A stretch of DNA of 60,031 nt from Octopus bimaculoides (taxonomy: Eukaryota), in assembly GCF_001194135.2 (NCBI RefSeq), contig NC_068984.1:74993051-75053081 (forward strand). Direction: 5' to 3'. The stretch's first letter is position 1. The number at the start of each line of letters is the position of its first letter. The position numbers and the translations under genes are program-made. The notes under the pieces are model-generated. The model was not told where the DNA came from. It saw only the letters and a list, made by a program, of their open reading frames with translations, and made no database searches. Of the stretch, positions 1 through 11,940 are shown in pieces.

Positions 1-968
1 ATGATAATAGAGGTGGTGTTGATGATGATGATGATGATGAATAATGATGATAATGATGATGATGGTTGTTATCGTGATCATGACAATTATGATCTTGAAA
101 TGTTGTCTCAACTGACTGGCAACAAAACAGCTTACCAAAATTCTCAGTTTTATTACAGTCAGGCAAAACGTGATATTTAATCTTAATCTTACCAATATCA
201 AAACATGCAGTTAGACATTACACACACACACACACTGACGTCATCATTGTCACCACTGCTGCCATCATCATGTTTATCTTTTATCATCATCATCATCATC
301 ATCATTATTATTATCAACATCATTTGTTTTTATGTCCGCTTTTCTATGCTGGCATAATTTGGGCAGGACTTTTTGAGGTAGTGTTTTACTTTTGTTTCTT
401 TTTGGGGTTTCCCCCCCCCCCACAACTAGATTCTCTTCTTGATGGTGCAAACCCTTTTAGTGACATCTTACAAAAATATAGGGATATAGTATATCTAGTC
501 TAAAGACCAGTATAAATATGCTATTATAAATATACTGAACCAATCATAGTCCCACTGGAAACCCGTAACCACTAAAAGACATTTAACAAAAGAAAAAAAA
601 TATAAAAGTAATTTTACAGAGCCCTTGTTCTTCTCCAACATATTTCACCCTCGAATAGGATTGAACTCAGAACTTAAAAAATACTGGGAAATAGTAATTT
701 TAGAGTAATTACATATAAAAACAGGAGATCGGAAAAAAATTTTACAGCTATTTATTCAACATTACATATGTTTTCATTTACTAACAGGAGTTACCAACTT
801 GTACATGTAGGAAAAACATGCTCAAGATATATCCTATTAGAAATTCTTGAAAACTTTCTAATGAGATATCTTGCATGTTTTATCTACATGTACAATTTTG
901 TAACTCCTATTACCAAATGAAACATGTGTAAAGGTGAATAAATAATACCAAAACTATTTTCATACAGA

Positions 969-1102
969 CATGGTTGTGTGTTATGAAGTCTACTTCCAAA
1001 CCACATGATTCCAGGTTCAGTCCCACTGCATGGCACCTTGGGCAGGCGTCTTCTACTATTGCCTCAGGTCAATCAAAGTTTTATAAGTGGATTTGGTAGA
1101 CA
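969..1102 (+). mobile_element. tRNA-derived SINE, CORE-like family, 5' part, decayed
   Basis: GGTTCAGTCCCAC box B-like motif followed by GGCACCTTGGGCAGGCGTCTTCTACTATTGCC, which is shared with many copies in the window. Other decayed copies lie near 5690-5822, 7719-7850, 26832-26995, 31762-32085, 32458-32600(-), 34990-35140, 54630-54740(-) and 56410-56520. Confidence 0.8.
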
Positions 1103-1218
1103 TAATGTGTGTGTGTATGTGTGTGTGTGTGTGTGTAATGCATGCCATTAAAGAAAATAACTCTGAGCTGATCTCCCTGCAAAATAAAAAAGATGAAAAA
1201 GCAATGAACAATACTTAC

Positions 1219-1333
1219 AGATTATAATGAACATCAGCCATATTACTACGATATTTCAGAGCATTCTTGTATGCAAATTCAGCTTCTTTCTCTTTTCCCT
1301 GGCTATTTAACACATTGGCAAGGTTTCCCCATG
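1219..1333 (-). CDS. TMTC2: TMTC2-like coding exon (probable exon 4; first TPR repeat), absent from the ORF track
   Basis: Read by hand: T-tract...attaaag|CA TGG GGA AAC CTT GCC AAT GTG...CAT TAT AAT CT|gtaagt gives (A)WGNLANVLNSQGKEKEAEFAYKNALKYRSNMADVHYN(L). The phase 1 start fits exon 3, and the peptide matches the recalled TMTC2 AWGNLGNVLKSQ...RSNMADMLYNL. Confidence 0.93.
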
Positions 1334-2334
1334 CTTTAATAGATCATAAGAAAAAAAAAAATGATAATAAATGATTTCTTGTACTGCAAGAGGAGCAATG
1401 AACATAGAATTTACACTTTTGTATTGAGTATATAAATAAAGTGATATTAAATACAGGTCTCAATAAAAGGACATCTACTTAGAGCCATTACTTACAGGAA
1501 CCCCTTAACTAACTTGTATCACGGTCATAAATTTCGAGAAAAGATATGGTTAATTAAATTGACTCCAGTATTTGACTGGTGCTACAAGGAATGCAATCTG
1601 GTATACTTCAATTTCCCTCACTTCAATAAAAAGAACAAGAATGTTATTGCTACCAAGAATGTTATTACTATCATTATTATTCTTGACTTAGGCACCAGGT
1701 CACAAATTACAGAGGAAGAGATGTAGTTGATTATATCAACCGCATTAGTTTAGTTGTATTTATGTCATCAACCCCTGAAAGGAAAATAAATCCAAAGTTA
1801 ACTCTGGGAGGATTTGAACTCATAATGTAGCATTTTGTTCTTTGTCTGTTTGAATATTAATAATATTTATAATAAAGTTTTCTAAGTTAGGTACAATGCC
1901 ATAATATTAGAGTTCTGTACTATAATGATATTTGTTTATGTTGACCTTGGAGAAATGAAAGGCAAACAGAAATGTCAACACCTGTGAGATTTGAACTTGA
2001 AATCGAAACGTAAAAGGACATAACGGAATTACTACCAGGTATTCTTCTATTATAATGATCCTGAAACTTTCCTAGGAAGGAACATTTAAACAGAAACCAG
2101 AAAAAACATTGCAAATTTGAATTGTATGTTAAGTTGTGATAATTAAAATTGTCTACCCCATCTGAAATTTTAATGTTTTATGCTTTACACTTTCTGTTTA
2201 GATTATGGGAAGCAAAGTGAAGTTTGGAAATGATTTGGTTGCTGTTTCTAGTGAGATAGTAAGATAAGCAACTACATAGGGGCAGCCAAATAGATACAGG
2301 GAACCTATAACAACAGAAAACAAGAGTAATTTAC

Positions 2335-3223
2335 CTTTTGCTGGGTTGATATCTATTCCAGAACGATACAGATATTCCTCAGTCAGCCAGTCTTGATTCC
2401 TTAGAAATGTCCGTGCAGTGAAGGAAACTAAAATACAAATGACATTAACAACGATAGCTATCCGACACATCCGACTGGAATGGTAGTGAAAGTAGAGTTT
2501 TTCGGCACCTTTGGCAACCAACATGCAAAATCCCATGCTGGGTATATAGAGGACACGCTCTGCAATCACAAAGCCTACATAGAAAAATAGATTTGTGGCC
2601 GGTATAAATGGCACAATAATGACAGCTAATGAAAAAATAATGCAGTCTAATGAAGATCTATTGTCTTCGCCAGTTAATGTCATGTTTTGGTGGTTAGCAG
2701 ATTCTGCAAAATTTTTTAATCTTCCTCGGGTTCCATTCAGTACCCTTGGAGGATGATGGTGTGACTCTGTAGTACCATTTCTATGGATTTTTGTTAATTT
2801 TGAGCTGTGCGTAACATTGTGTGAATTGTGTTGTAAACTGTGTTGCATGACGTGCAATTCTGGTGTGACGTGGGTGCAGTGTGATATGTGTTTTAAAATA
2901 TAAATAGCAATGTACAAGAGCCCACAATAGAATGCTATGGTGACAATATTCCGTGAATCTCCCAAGCTCTCAACAAGCGGTATAGAGTTCATTGACCAAT
3001 CAAAGCTCAGAATGTAAGGACAAAGAAGCAGCCACAAGTTTAAAGTGAGCAGATAGTGGAATGTCAAAGTTCGTGTCAGGAAGCTTTTTGAGTCAGCTGC
3101 AGGATTGTCAGAAGGGGCAAATTCTGGGGGTTTGCTACCCATTAAACAAAATCGTAGAAATAGTAGACCAACTGAGCAGAAGAATAGCATTAAAAGACCT
3201 TCCCGGAGACGACTGTATTGCTT
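2335..3223 (-). CDS. TMTC2: TMTC2-like coding exon (probable exon 3; DUF1736 region and last TM helices)
   Basis: Translation KQYSRL...MGSKPPEFAPSDNPAADS...LLCPYILSFDWSM...PFIPATNLFFYVGFVIAERVLYIPSMGFC...RNQDWLTEEYLYRSGIDINPAK. Acceptor ctttgtttttcag|AAG (phase 0, matches the upstream donor); donor AAAG|gtaaat (GT at 2334-2333, phase 1). Confidence 0.95.
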
Positions 3224-3280
3224 CTGAAAAACAAAGGAGAAAATACATAAGAATGTTATACATGCACATACACATATATA

Positions 3281-4615
3281 CAGGAGTTGGACAAAATAAT
3301 GGAAACACTTAAAAATTTCAAACAAATTTGTTTTAATATGGGGTAGGACTGCCTTTGGCAGTAATTACAGCTTGAATTTACAAGGTATGGACTCAAAGTT
3401 TGAATTGTTTCCAAAGGTATTCTTATCCATTCTTCAGCTAAAACAAGTCTCCAGTTCTTGTAGTGATGATGGTAGAGGATATCAACTCCTTACTTGTTTT
3501 TCTAAAATGCACCATAAATGTTCAATAATATTAAGATCTGGGGACTGTGACGGCCAGATAAGATGTTCAGCTTCACTAGAATGTTCCTCGTGCCATTCAG
3601 TAACAACTTTAGCTGTGTGAATTGGTGCCTTATCATCCTGAAAGATTGTGTTTCCCTCTAGAAACAGTTCCACAAACATAGGATGAATTTGATCAGATAA
3701 AATGCTTAAATAGTCTTGACTATTAATTCTGCCATGAAGGGAAACCANNNNNNNNNNNNNNNNNNNNNNNNNNNNNNNNNNNNNNNNNNNNNNNNNNNNN
3801 NNNNNNNNNNNNNNNNNNNNNNNNNNNNNNNNNNNNNNNNNNNNNNNNNNNNNNNNNNNNNNNNNNNNNNNNNNNNNNNNNNNNNNNNNNNNNNNNNNNN
3901 NNNNNNNNNNNNNNNNNNNNNNNNNNNNNNNNNNNNNNNNNNNNNNNNNNNNNNNNNNNNNNNNNNNNNNNNNNNNNNNNNNNNNNNNNNNNNNNNNNNN
4001 NNNNNNNNNNNNNNNNNNNNNNNNNNNNNNNNNNNNNNNNNNNNNNNNNNNNNNNNNNNNNNNNNNNNNNNNNNNNNNNNNNNNNNNNNNNNNNNNNNNN
4101 NNNNNNNNNNNNNNNNNNNNNNNNNNNNNNNNNNNNNNNNNNNNNNNNNNNNNNNNNNNNNNNNNNNNNNNNNNNNNNNNNNNNNNNNNNNNNNNNNNNN
4201 NNNNNNNNNNNNNNNNNNNNNNNNNNNNNNNNNNNNNNNNNNNNNNNNNNNNNNNNNNNNNNNGTTTTGTTTCAGCAAGGAAGTTTTTCCCTCTTTCTCA
4301 AAGGTTGTCATTACTTTTGAGACAGTACCTCTTGATACACCAAACATTTCGGCTGTTTTCTTACGCTAGCGCCTGCCATACGAGCACCAACAATTTGACC
4401 TCTTTGAAAGTCCGATAGATCTGTAATTAATGGATTTTAATTACCTTTTTCAGATGATATCAGAAAAGAAACAGCAATTTTAGTAAAACATATTAAGCAA
4501 CACTAATAATAAATTAAAAAATATAAAAATAAACAAGTCTTTGATGGTTTTTATAGATGTTTCAAAATTATGATGGTATGATGCTAGGTGTTTCCATTAT
4601 TTTGGCCAACCCCCG
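3281..4615 (-). mobile_element. Tc1/mariner-superfamily DNA transposon with DD36E spacing, defective, central gap
   Basis: Left TIR CAGGAGTTGGACAAAATAATGGAAACAC; right TIR (rc) CGGGGGTTGGCCAAAATAATGGAAACAC. TA flanks both ends (3279-3280, 4616-4617). Transposase remnants lie inside. Confidence 0.92.
3333..4427 (-). pseudogene. Tc1-like transposase pseudogene
   Basis: N-terminus (I)[38 protein letters not shown] (HTH; start codon reads ATT). C-terminus IFQDDKAPIHTAK...WPSQSPDLNIIEHLW, followed by in-frame stops. The middle is hidden by N-run 3748-4263. Confidence 0.88.
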
Positions 4616-4779
4616 TATATACATGTATTATTATTTATTTGCTCGCATTTGTTATTTACAAATAATTAGTTCATAATTACCCTGGAATTTGAAGAATGAG
4701 CATTCTGTTTATTCACAGACACATTTTTTCATACACACATACTTGTGCATATTACATGTATATGTATGTGTGTAAGAGA

Positions 4780-4822
<43 letters not shown>

Positions 4823-7800
4823 CATACAAAGAATGTATGTGTGTGTGAAAATACATACAATGAATGTGCATGTATGTGTGTGTGTGTGCATCTATTTTTG
4901 TGTATGGATGTGTACACATGTATGAGCATGCATATTTATGTGCATATGTATTTATGTGCATGCGTATTTATGTGTGTCCGTGTTTGTCAATATTTGTGCT
5001 TGCTTCTGCAATATTTGTGATCTACATACAAGCAGTAATACTGTCATCAGTTCTCTTGTCAACAAATTATGTATGATGGGTGACACTTGCTTACAACTAC
5101 AGTGGAATGTCATGACAAGGAGACTCATACACGCATGTATTTGAAAGATTACTAAAAAAAAAAAATACAAAAAACTAGTTATTTATTCTGTCTCCTCTTC
5201 TGTCTCTGTAATTCTTTCTCACTGTGTGGACAACATTCTTACTCATTGCCTGCCACTAAGCCTAGTATGTGCACTAATCCTGAATCTCCTATGTTAATTC
5301 TCTCTGTAGCTCTCTTTTACTCTCACTCCCTCTTGCTACACATATACACACACCACGTGCATATATCTTAGCAATATACAACATTTAATAGACAGACAGG
5401 TGGGAAATAAGGTAGACAAGTAGGTAGTATATATAAATGAATTAAACAGACATTTGTTGTAGAAATTAGATGTTAATAATACTTAATTAAGGAAATGAAG
5501 CCATGGAAAGCTGCAAGTTATCAAGAAAAGTTTACTTAGATGTTGAATATACCTGTTATTGTACACTAGTTAATCAGATTGTTTTCTGAAACAAATGTCA
5601 GCCCTGATGTGGGAAATGTATGACAATGGAGCAGATTTGACCATCCAATCTTTAAAACAGACATAGTGTAACTAGAGTAGGTATAATATGGCTGAATGAA
5701 GAGGTTTGCTTCATGACCATGAAATCCTGGTTCAACCCCACAGTATGGCATCTTGGCCAAGTGTCATTTGACTAAAATCTCAGGTTGACCCATAGCTTGT
5801 AAGCAAAATCGAGGAAATCCATTACCATCAGTTTATATAGGACTATGTAAATCCAGGATTAAATGTGTCCAACCCATTTTTAAGACAAGATTTTTAACAG
5901 ATTAAGTGATCACATGGAAACTCGTTGGTACTGCATGAAGGTGTTAACATCAATAACTGCTATAAGAGCATGCTGTATTGAGAGGTACTTACAGAGACCA
6001 CAATCTGATGATGGAGCTGAGAAGGAGACTAAGAAACTGAGCCAAGTGTTGATCATAGTTGAGAGAAACTTCAATATGAGAGAGGCTTGAAAAATGAATT
6101 AAGTGAATATAACAAAGGGAGACTTAAGAAGTGAACTAAGTTCTGAAGATAACAATGAATAAGTGAACCAGAGCATGAAGAAAGTTAGCTTTGTACTCCA
6201 ACAGTTTTCTGGTGTAATAAATGTTTATATTTAAAACTAAGAAGAAATATCAATATACAGGCCACTCAACAGATTAGCATTAAGCCTCTTGCTAACACCA
6301 TCTAGTTCATAGACCACAGATGTTCTGCCTCCTTGCTCTACCCTTTTCACCACTTCAACTAGGGCCACTATTTCTCAAAGTCTGCTGATACCAGCTCCCC
6401 TCACTTTTTCTCACTCATTTCACTTCTTGTCACACACATTGTGTCCAACCTTACCCAAGGCCCAGTATTGACCACTATGCCCAAGCCTCCTCAGAACATT
6501 TTCATCTAGAACTCCTAGTTTGCACATGTTTTTCATGCAGCCGTGGTTCAAGATAAATATTAACAACATTGATCTTATCATTTTGAGAAAGGAGTGTCGG
6601 TAATTGCCATCAGCATAAATTCATCTCTGAGACAGGAAATTAATCAATGCTGGGGAACTGACATCATGCATATATATGTGAAAACGCCTATACAGGACTA
6701 ACTGCATTTTCATAAATGTCTCCAAATTGGGAGCTTTACACACAGAAAGAACAAGAAATTAAGAGTTAAGAAAGGGCTAGTTAGAAACTTTATACAATGA
6801 AATAAGTCACTCACAGAAGAGAAGCAATAGAGAGTGTAGGATTTAAATATGTCAAATGAACAAGAGTAGATAGACATAAGATCACTTTCTATAAAATGAA
6901 GCAGATGAACTGATCAGATGGTTCTCTGTAATGTTTATTATCGTTTATTTAATAGACATTTTTATGGCAGCTGGATATGTGTGCAATATAAAAACTTGCA
7001 TTGTCTCATCACAGACGACTAATATGTTGAAATATGATATCACTATACCTTCACATGTCATAATCCAGTCATCTTCTGCCATGTGCACATAAATGGTCAT
7101 ATTTATAAGCACCTAGACACACACACACATGTATATATATGTATATAATATACAGAGAAAGAGAAAGAGATCTCTTTGCATTTGTTAGGCATGTATGTAC
7201 ATGCAGCTACAGACACAAAACAAGACTCTTGCATGCATATTCACTTTTCATTGTACTGTTAAAAAAGTGACCATAGATGCATTGCATATTATATATATGT
7301 GTGTGTATGTATGTAAGTGTACAGATAGCTAGATACATAAACAGATATATAAACATAGTAGTACACAAACACAAACACACACACATATTGGAACACAAAT
7401 GTCCACATATAAACATGTTTGTGTGTTAGTGTGTATATGTGTGTGCTTGCATCTGTGTGTATATTTATACATATCAGACTACATAATCAGAAACCAGTAC
7501 TAAATCATTGATAATATCACATTCAGGCATATATTTTTCATCCTTATCGATCAATAATCATGTTGTGCACCCATTATTAGAATAACTCCTGAATTTCATA
7601 TATCTACATATATGCTGTGGCTGGTATGATATGATAGCCATTAACATGCAACTCAATCAGATAATATGTAGAATTATATATAAGCTATGGGTGTATCTGT
7701 GTATAAATATAACAGACACAGCTGTGGTTGAGTGATTAAATAAGCTTGTTTAGCAATCATAAGATTCCAGGTTCATTTCCACTGCATGTAACCTCAGATT

Positions 7801-8383
7801 GACCCAAGCTTTGTAAATGAAATCGAGTAGATGGAAACATCAGGAGCCCATCAGATGAACTGCTCTTGAAATTCAAAGATTCAGTGTTAACACATTATAG
7901 TCATACTTGTTCTGCCTGAAGATTATATTAATGGTACAAGAATCTGTGGAATATTCAACATTGAAACCTAAAGAATATCCATTTGCTTCACACAGAATTA
8001 TATAAAGTATCATAATTTTCATCGTTTTAACATTCACTTTTCGTTCCTTGTGTTTTTGAGATGAAATTCAATGGGGCAGGTCTTCGACAGCTAGATACCC
8101 TTCTTATCATCATGGGTATGTAACATCATCATCGTCATCATCAAACGTTTTCCATGCTGTCATGGGTTGGATGGTAAACAGGAGCAAGCAAGCCAAAGGA
8201 CTACACCCAGCTTCACTGTCTGTTTTGGCATGGTTTTTAAGGCCTTTGCCCTTCCTAATGCCAACCACCGTGTGTGTGTGTGTGTGTGTGCGTGCGTGCA
8301 CGTGCGTGTGTGTGTCACTATTTGTTTGCAACTCTCTTTCTTTCAAAATTGGGTATGTTGCTTTGTGAGAAGGGTCGCATACA

Positions 8384-8454
8384 CCATATTTTAATGTATA
8401 TAAGGAACCGCCTAATTTTGGGGGCTTAAATTTTGGAAAAAAAGGTTTTGTAAG
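8384..8454. mobile_element. CCGTATTT-ended (Tc2/Kanga-like) MITE, left part
   Basis: ccatattttaatgtatataaggaa matches the rc of the right end at 56121-56146. The internal sequence aattttgggg(g)cttaaattttggaaaaaaaggttttgtaag is shared with 56005-56052. Confidence 0.6.
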
Positions 8455-10107
8455 NNNNNNNNNNNNNNNNNNNNNNNNNNNNNNNNNNNNNNNNNNNNNN
8501 NNNNNNNNNNNNNNNNNNNNNNNNNNNNNNNNNNNNNNNNNNNNNNNNNNNNNNNNNNNNNNNNNNNNNNNNNNNNNNNNNNNNNNNNNNNNNNNNNNNN
8601 NNNNNNNNNNNNNNNNNNNNNNNNNNNNNNNNNNNNNNNNNNNNNNNNNNNNNNNNNNNNNNNNNNNNNNNNNNNNNNNNNNNNNNNNNNNNNNNNNNNN
8701 NNNNNNNNNNNNNNNNNNNNNNNNNNNNNNNNNNNNNNNNNNNNNNNNNNNNNNNNNNNNNNNNNNNNNNNNNNNNNNNNNNNNNNNNNNNNNNNNNNNN
8801 NNNNNNNNNNNNNNNNNNNNNNNNNNNNNNNNNNNNNNNNNNNNNNNNNNNNNNNNNNNNNNNNNNNNNNNNNNNNNNNNNNNNNNNNNNNNNNNNNNNN
8901 NNNNNNNNNNNNNNNNNNNNNNNNNNNNNNNNNNNNNNNNNNNNNNNNNNNNNNNNNNNNNNNNNNNNNNNNNNNNNNNNNNNNNNNNNNNNNNNNNNNN
9001 NNNNNNNNNNNNNNNNNNNNNNNNNNNNNNNNNNNNNNNNNNNNNNNNNNNNNNNNNNNNNNNNNNNNNNNNNNNNNNNNNNNNNNNNNNNNNNNNNNNN
9101 NNNNNNNNNNNNNNNNNNNNNNNNNNNNNNNNNNNNNNNNNNNNNNNNNNNNNNNNNNNNNNNNNNNNNNNNNNNNNNNNNNNNNNNNNNNNNNNNNNNN
9201 NNNNNNNNNNNNNNNNNNNNNNNNNNNNNNNNNNNNNNNNNNNNNNNNNNNNNNNNNNNNNNNNNNNNNNNNNNNNNNNNNNNNNNNNNNNNNNNNNNNN
9301 NNNNNNNNNNNNNNNNNNNNNNNNNNNNNNNNNNNNNNNNNNNNNNNNNNNNNNNNNNNNNNNCATTTGGGTGTTGATAGCCAAGAGCAATATCTGATAA
9401 CAATGTCAAGAACATTAACAACAGATGGTCAGTCCTGGTCTGTTTCTGGAAAAATATGTTTGCAGAAGAGTGAAGGAGTCAGTTATATCAGGGTGGGATG
9501 ATCTGATCTGATGGGTGGATTGATCTTAGACCATGAACTGTTGATGGATACACTGAGGAAAGGATTCCTCTGTGAATAACAAATAGTCGTAGCATTGGCA
9601 ATAATAGGGGTGGTGGTGGAATTATTGTAGTGATAAACCTAAGTCATGATATCGGCAGTGAAGTGGGAAAATACAATTTAGTGGTGGTAGTGGTGGTGGT
9701 GGTGGTTTCCGTGGTGATAGTAGTAGTGGTTTTGGTGTTCGCAGGTTAATATCTTTGGTGGTGGGGTGGGGTGACAATTTGCGTTGGTGGCATTTTTTGA
9801 TGATGGTGGGGGGCTTCTATTTTTGTCCGCAATGTTTGTATTGGGCCCCTAATACTTCATGCTGGTGGTGTTGTTGGTAATGATAGTGAGGATGCTAAGG
9901 ACAGTGATGATAATGGCAGTGTTGGTGTTGTTGGTGATAAAGATGCTGGCAGAGTGGAGTGATGGTGGTGATGGTGGTAATGGTGGCAGCGGCATTGTTG
10001 GTGGTAATGGTGTTGTCAATGGTAGTTATGCCATCATTGCTCTTGTTGATGATGATGATGATGGTGTAGTGGCATAGGTATTGGTGATGGTTGTAGTGAC
10101 GTTGTTG

Positions 10108-10161
<54 letters not shown>

Positions 10162-10313
10162 ATGCTAAGTCTGTTTACTGACTTTGACTGCTATTTCCAG
10201 TAAACCAAGTAAACTACATGGAGGTTCCATCATTATTTTCATCTATTTTCCTTGCAGTTGTAGTGTGGTGGTGATGGTGGTAGTGGTGGTGTGGGGACAG
10301 GCAGTGGCGGAGA

Positions 10314-10375
<62 letters not shown>

Positions 10376-10530
10376 ATGCTAAGTCTGCTTACTGACTTTG
10401 ACTGCTATTTCCAGCATACCACGTAAACTACATGGAGGTTCCATCATTATTTTCATCTATTTTCCTTGCAGTTGTAGTGTGGTGGTGATGGTGGTTTTGG
10501 TGTGGGACCAGGCAGTGGTGGAGATAATAG
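10108..10530. repeat. Tandem duplication of a ~214-bp unit bounded by (GTA)n tracts
   Basis: atgctaagtctg(t/c)ttactgactttgactgctatttccag...ggagata occurs at 10162 and again at 10376; each copy is preceded by (GTA)n. Confidence 0.9.
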
Positions 10531-11725
10531 TAGTAGTAGTGGTAGTAGTAACAGCAGCAGCAAAAGCAGCAGCAAAAGCAGCAGCAATAGATGATAATGG
10601 TGTTTTGGTTAGGTAATGATGATGATGTATTAGTAAGTAATTGTAGTCTAATGAACATTTCAGTTCTATTTTTAAAAAAATTGAAATAAATAAATAAATA
10701 AATAAATAAATAAATGAATAAAAGAGGCTTAAGTGTCTTTTACTGTTCCAGTGCTGTAATTAGGTGATATTCTTGTATGCACTTACGTAGTCTGGGGTAA
10801 TTTTATAGACCACACATAAATATAAACTACACCAGCCATGCCAGGCAATGTGAGGTATGCCAAGACCATTGTCCAAAAACTAATAAACAGAACATGGCAG
10901 TCATAGGTCCGCTATTATTAGATTTGAACTCTTACTGTCTATGACAACCATAATAATAAATACCTCTGACATACAGGTAGATAGATATATATGTATGTAA
11001 GGTAGGTAGGTTCATAAGTATTGTAGGTTGTTAGGTAAATAGGTTGATAGGTAGAAAGGTGGATAGGTACAGTCAGGTCTCTCATGTAAATACCGCAATT
11101 GGATAAACTTTGATCAGCTGAGATTATTATCCCAGCAATTAGTATATAACAGCGTCCTTCTAGAGGTGTTTAATATCTAAAATAAATAAGGGAGATAATT
11201 TCAGCATGATCGGTTGATTAAATTTTGAGGCACTATAGACAATTGTTAATTGCCAACTGATGAACGCAATAGATGTGTTCCAGTCTTATTAAAACTCCTC
11301 CTCAAAGTGTGTATGTATGTAAGTACATATATAGTTTTATATTTATATGTGATGTGTAAAATTACTTGAGACTATATACACACGTGTGTGTACTTGGATG
11401 TGTGTGTTTGTATATGTGTTCATCCTCAACCACCACTTGACAACCAGTGTTGGTTTTTTTATGTCCTTGTAACTTGATTGTTCAGCAAAAGGGACCAATA
11501 GAATAACTGCCAAAATTTAAAATAGAATAAGCACTGCGGTCAATTTGTCCAACAAAACTTGTCAAGGTGGTGCACTAGCATGGCTGCAATCCTATGACTG
11601 AACCCAGCNNNNNNNNNNNNNNNNNNNNNNNNNNNNNNNNNNNNNNNNNNNNNNNNNNNNNNNNNNNNNNNNNNNNNNNNNNNNNNNNNNNNNNNNNNNN
11701 NNNNNNNNNNNNNNNNNNNNNNNNN

Positions 11726-11786
<61 letters not shown>

Positions 11787-11940
11787 CTATCTATCACTCT
11801 ATCAGTCTGCTATATTTCTGTCTATCTATCTATCTATCCATCCATCTAACTCTCTATCTACCTACCTACCAGTCTGTCTATCTATCAGTCTATCTATTTG
11901 TCTGTCTGTCTGCCTGTCCATCTGTCTATCTATCCTTTCT
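11726..11940. repeat. Compound (TA)n/(TCTA)n/(TCTG)n microsatellite
   Basis: Directly visible. Confidence 0.9.

Noticed and set aside
2198-3325. 375-aa ORF as a complete single-exon gene
   Set aside because: Its first 34 and last ~45 residues are intronic read-through; the splice sites define 2335-3223.
4709-5170. Short ORFs rich in C/V/Y/I/H/T here and throughout the window
   Set aside because: They are translations of (CA)n, (TA)n and (GA)n microsatellites.
5942-6297. Solo LTR (TG...CA with an AATAAA)
   Set aside because: There is no target-site duplication, no second copy and no PBS or PPT.
10108-10530. CRISPR-like repeat-spacer pattern
   Set aside because: The context is eukaryotic, and the units are duplications and microsatellites rather than constant repeats with unique spacers.
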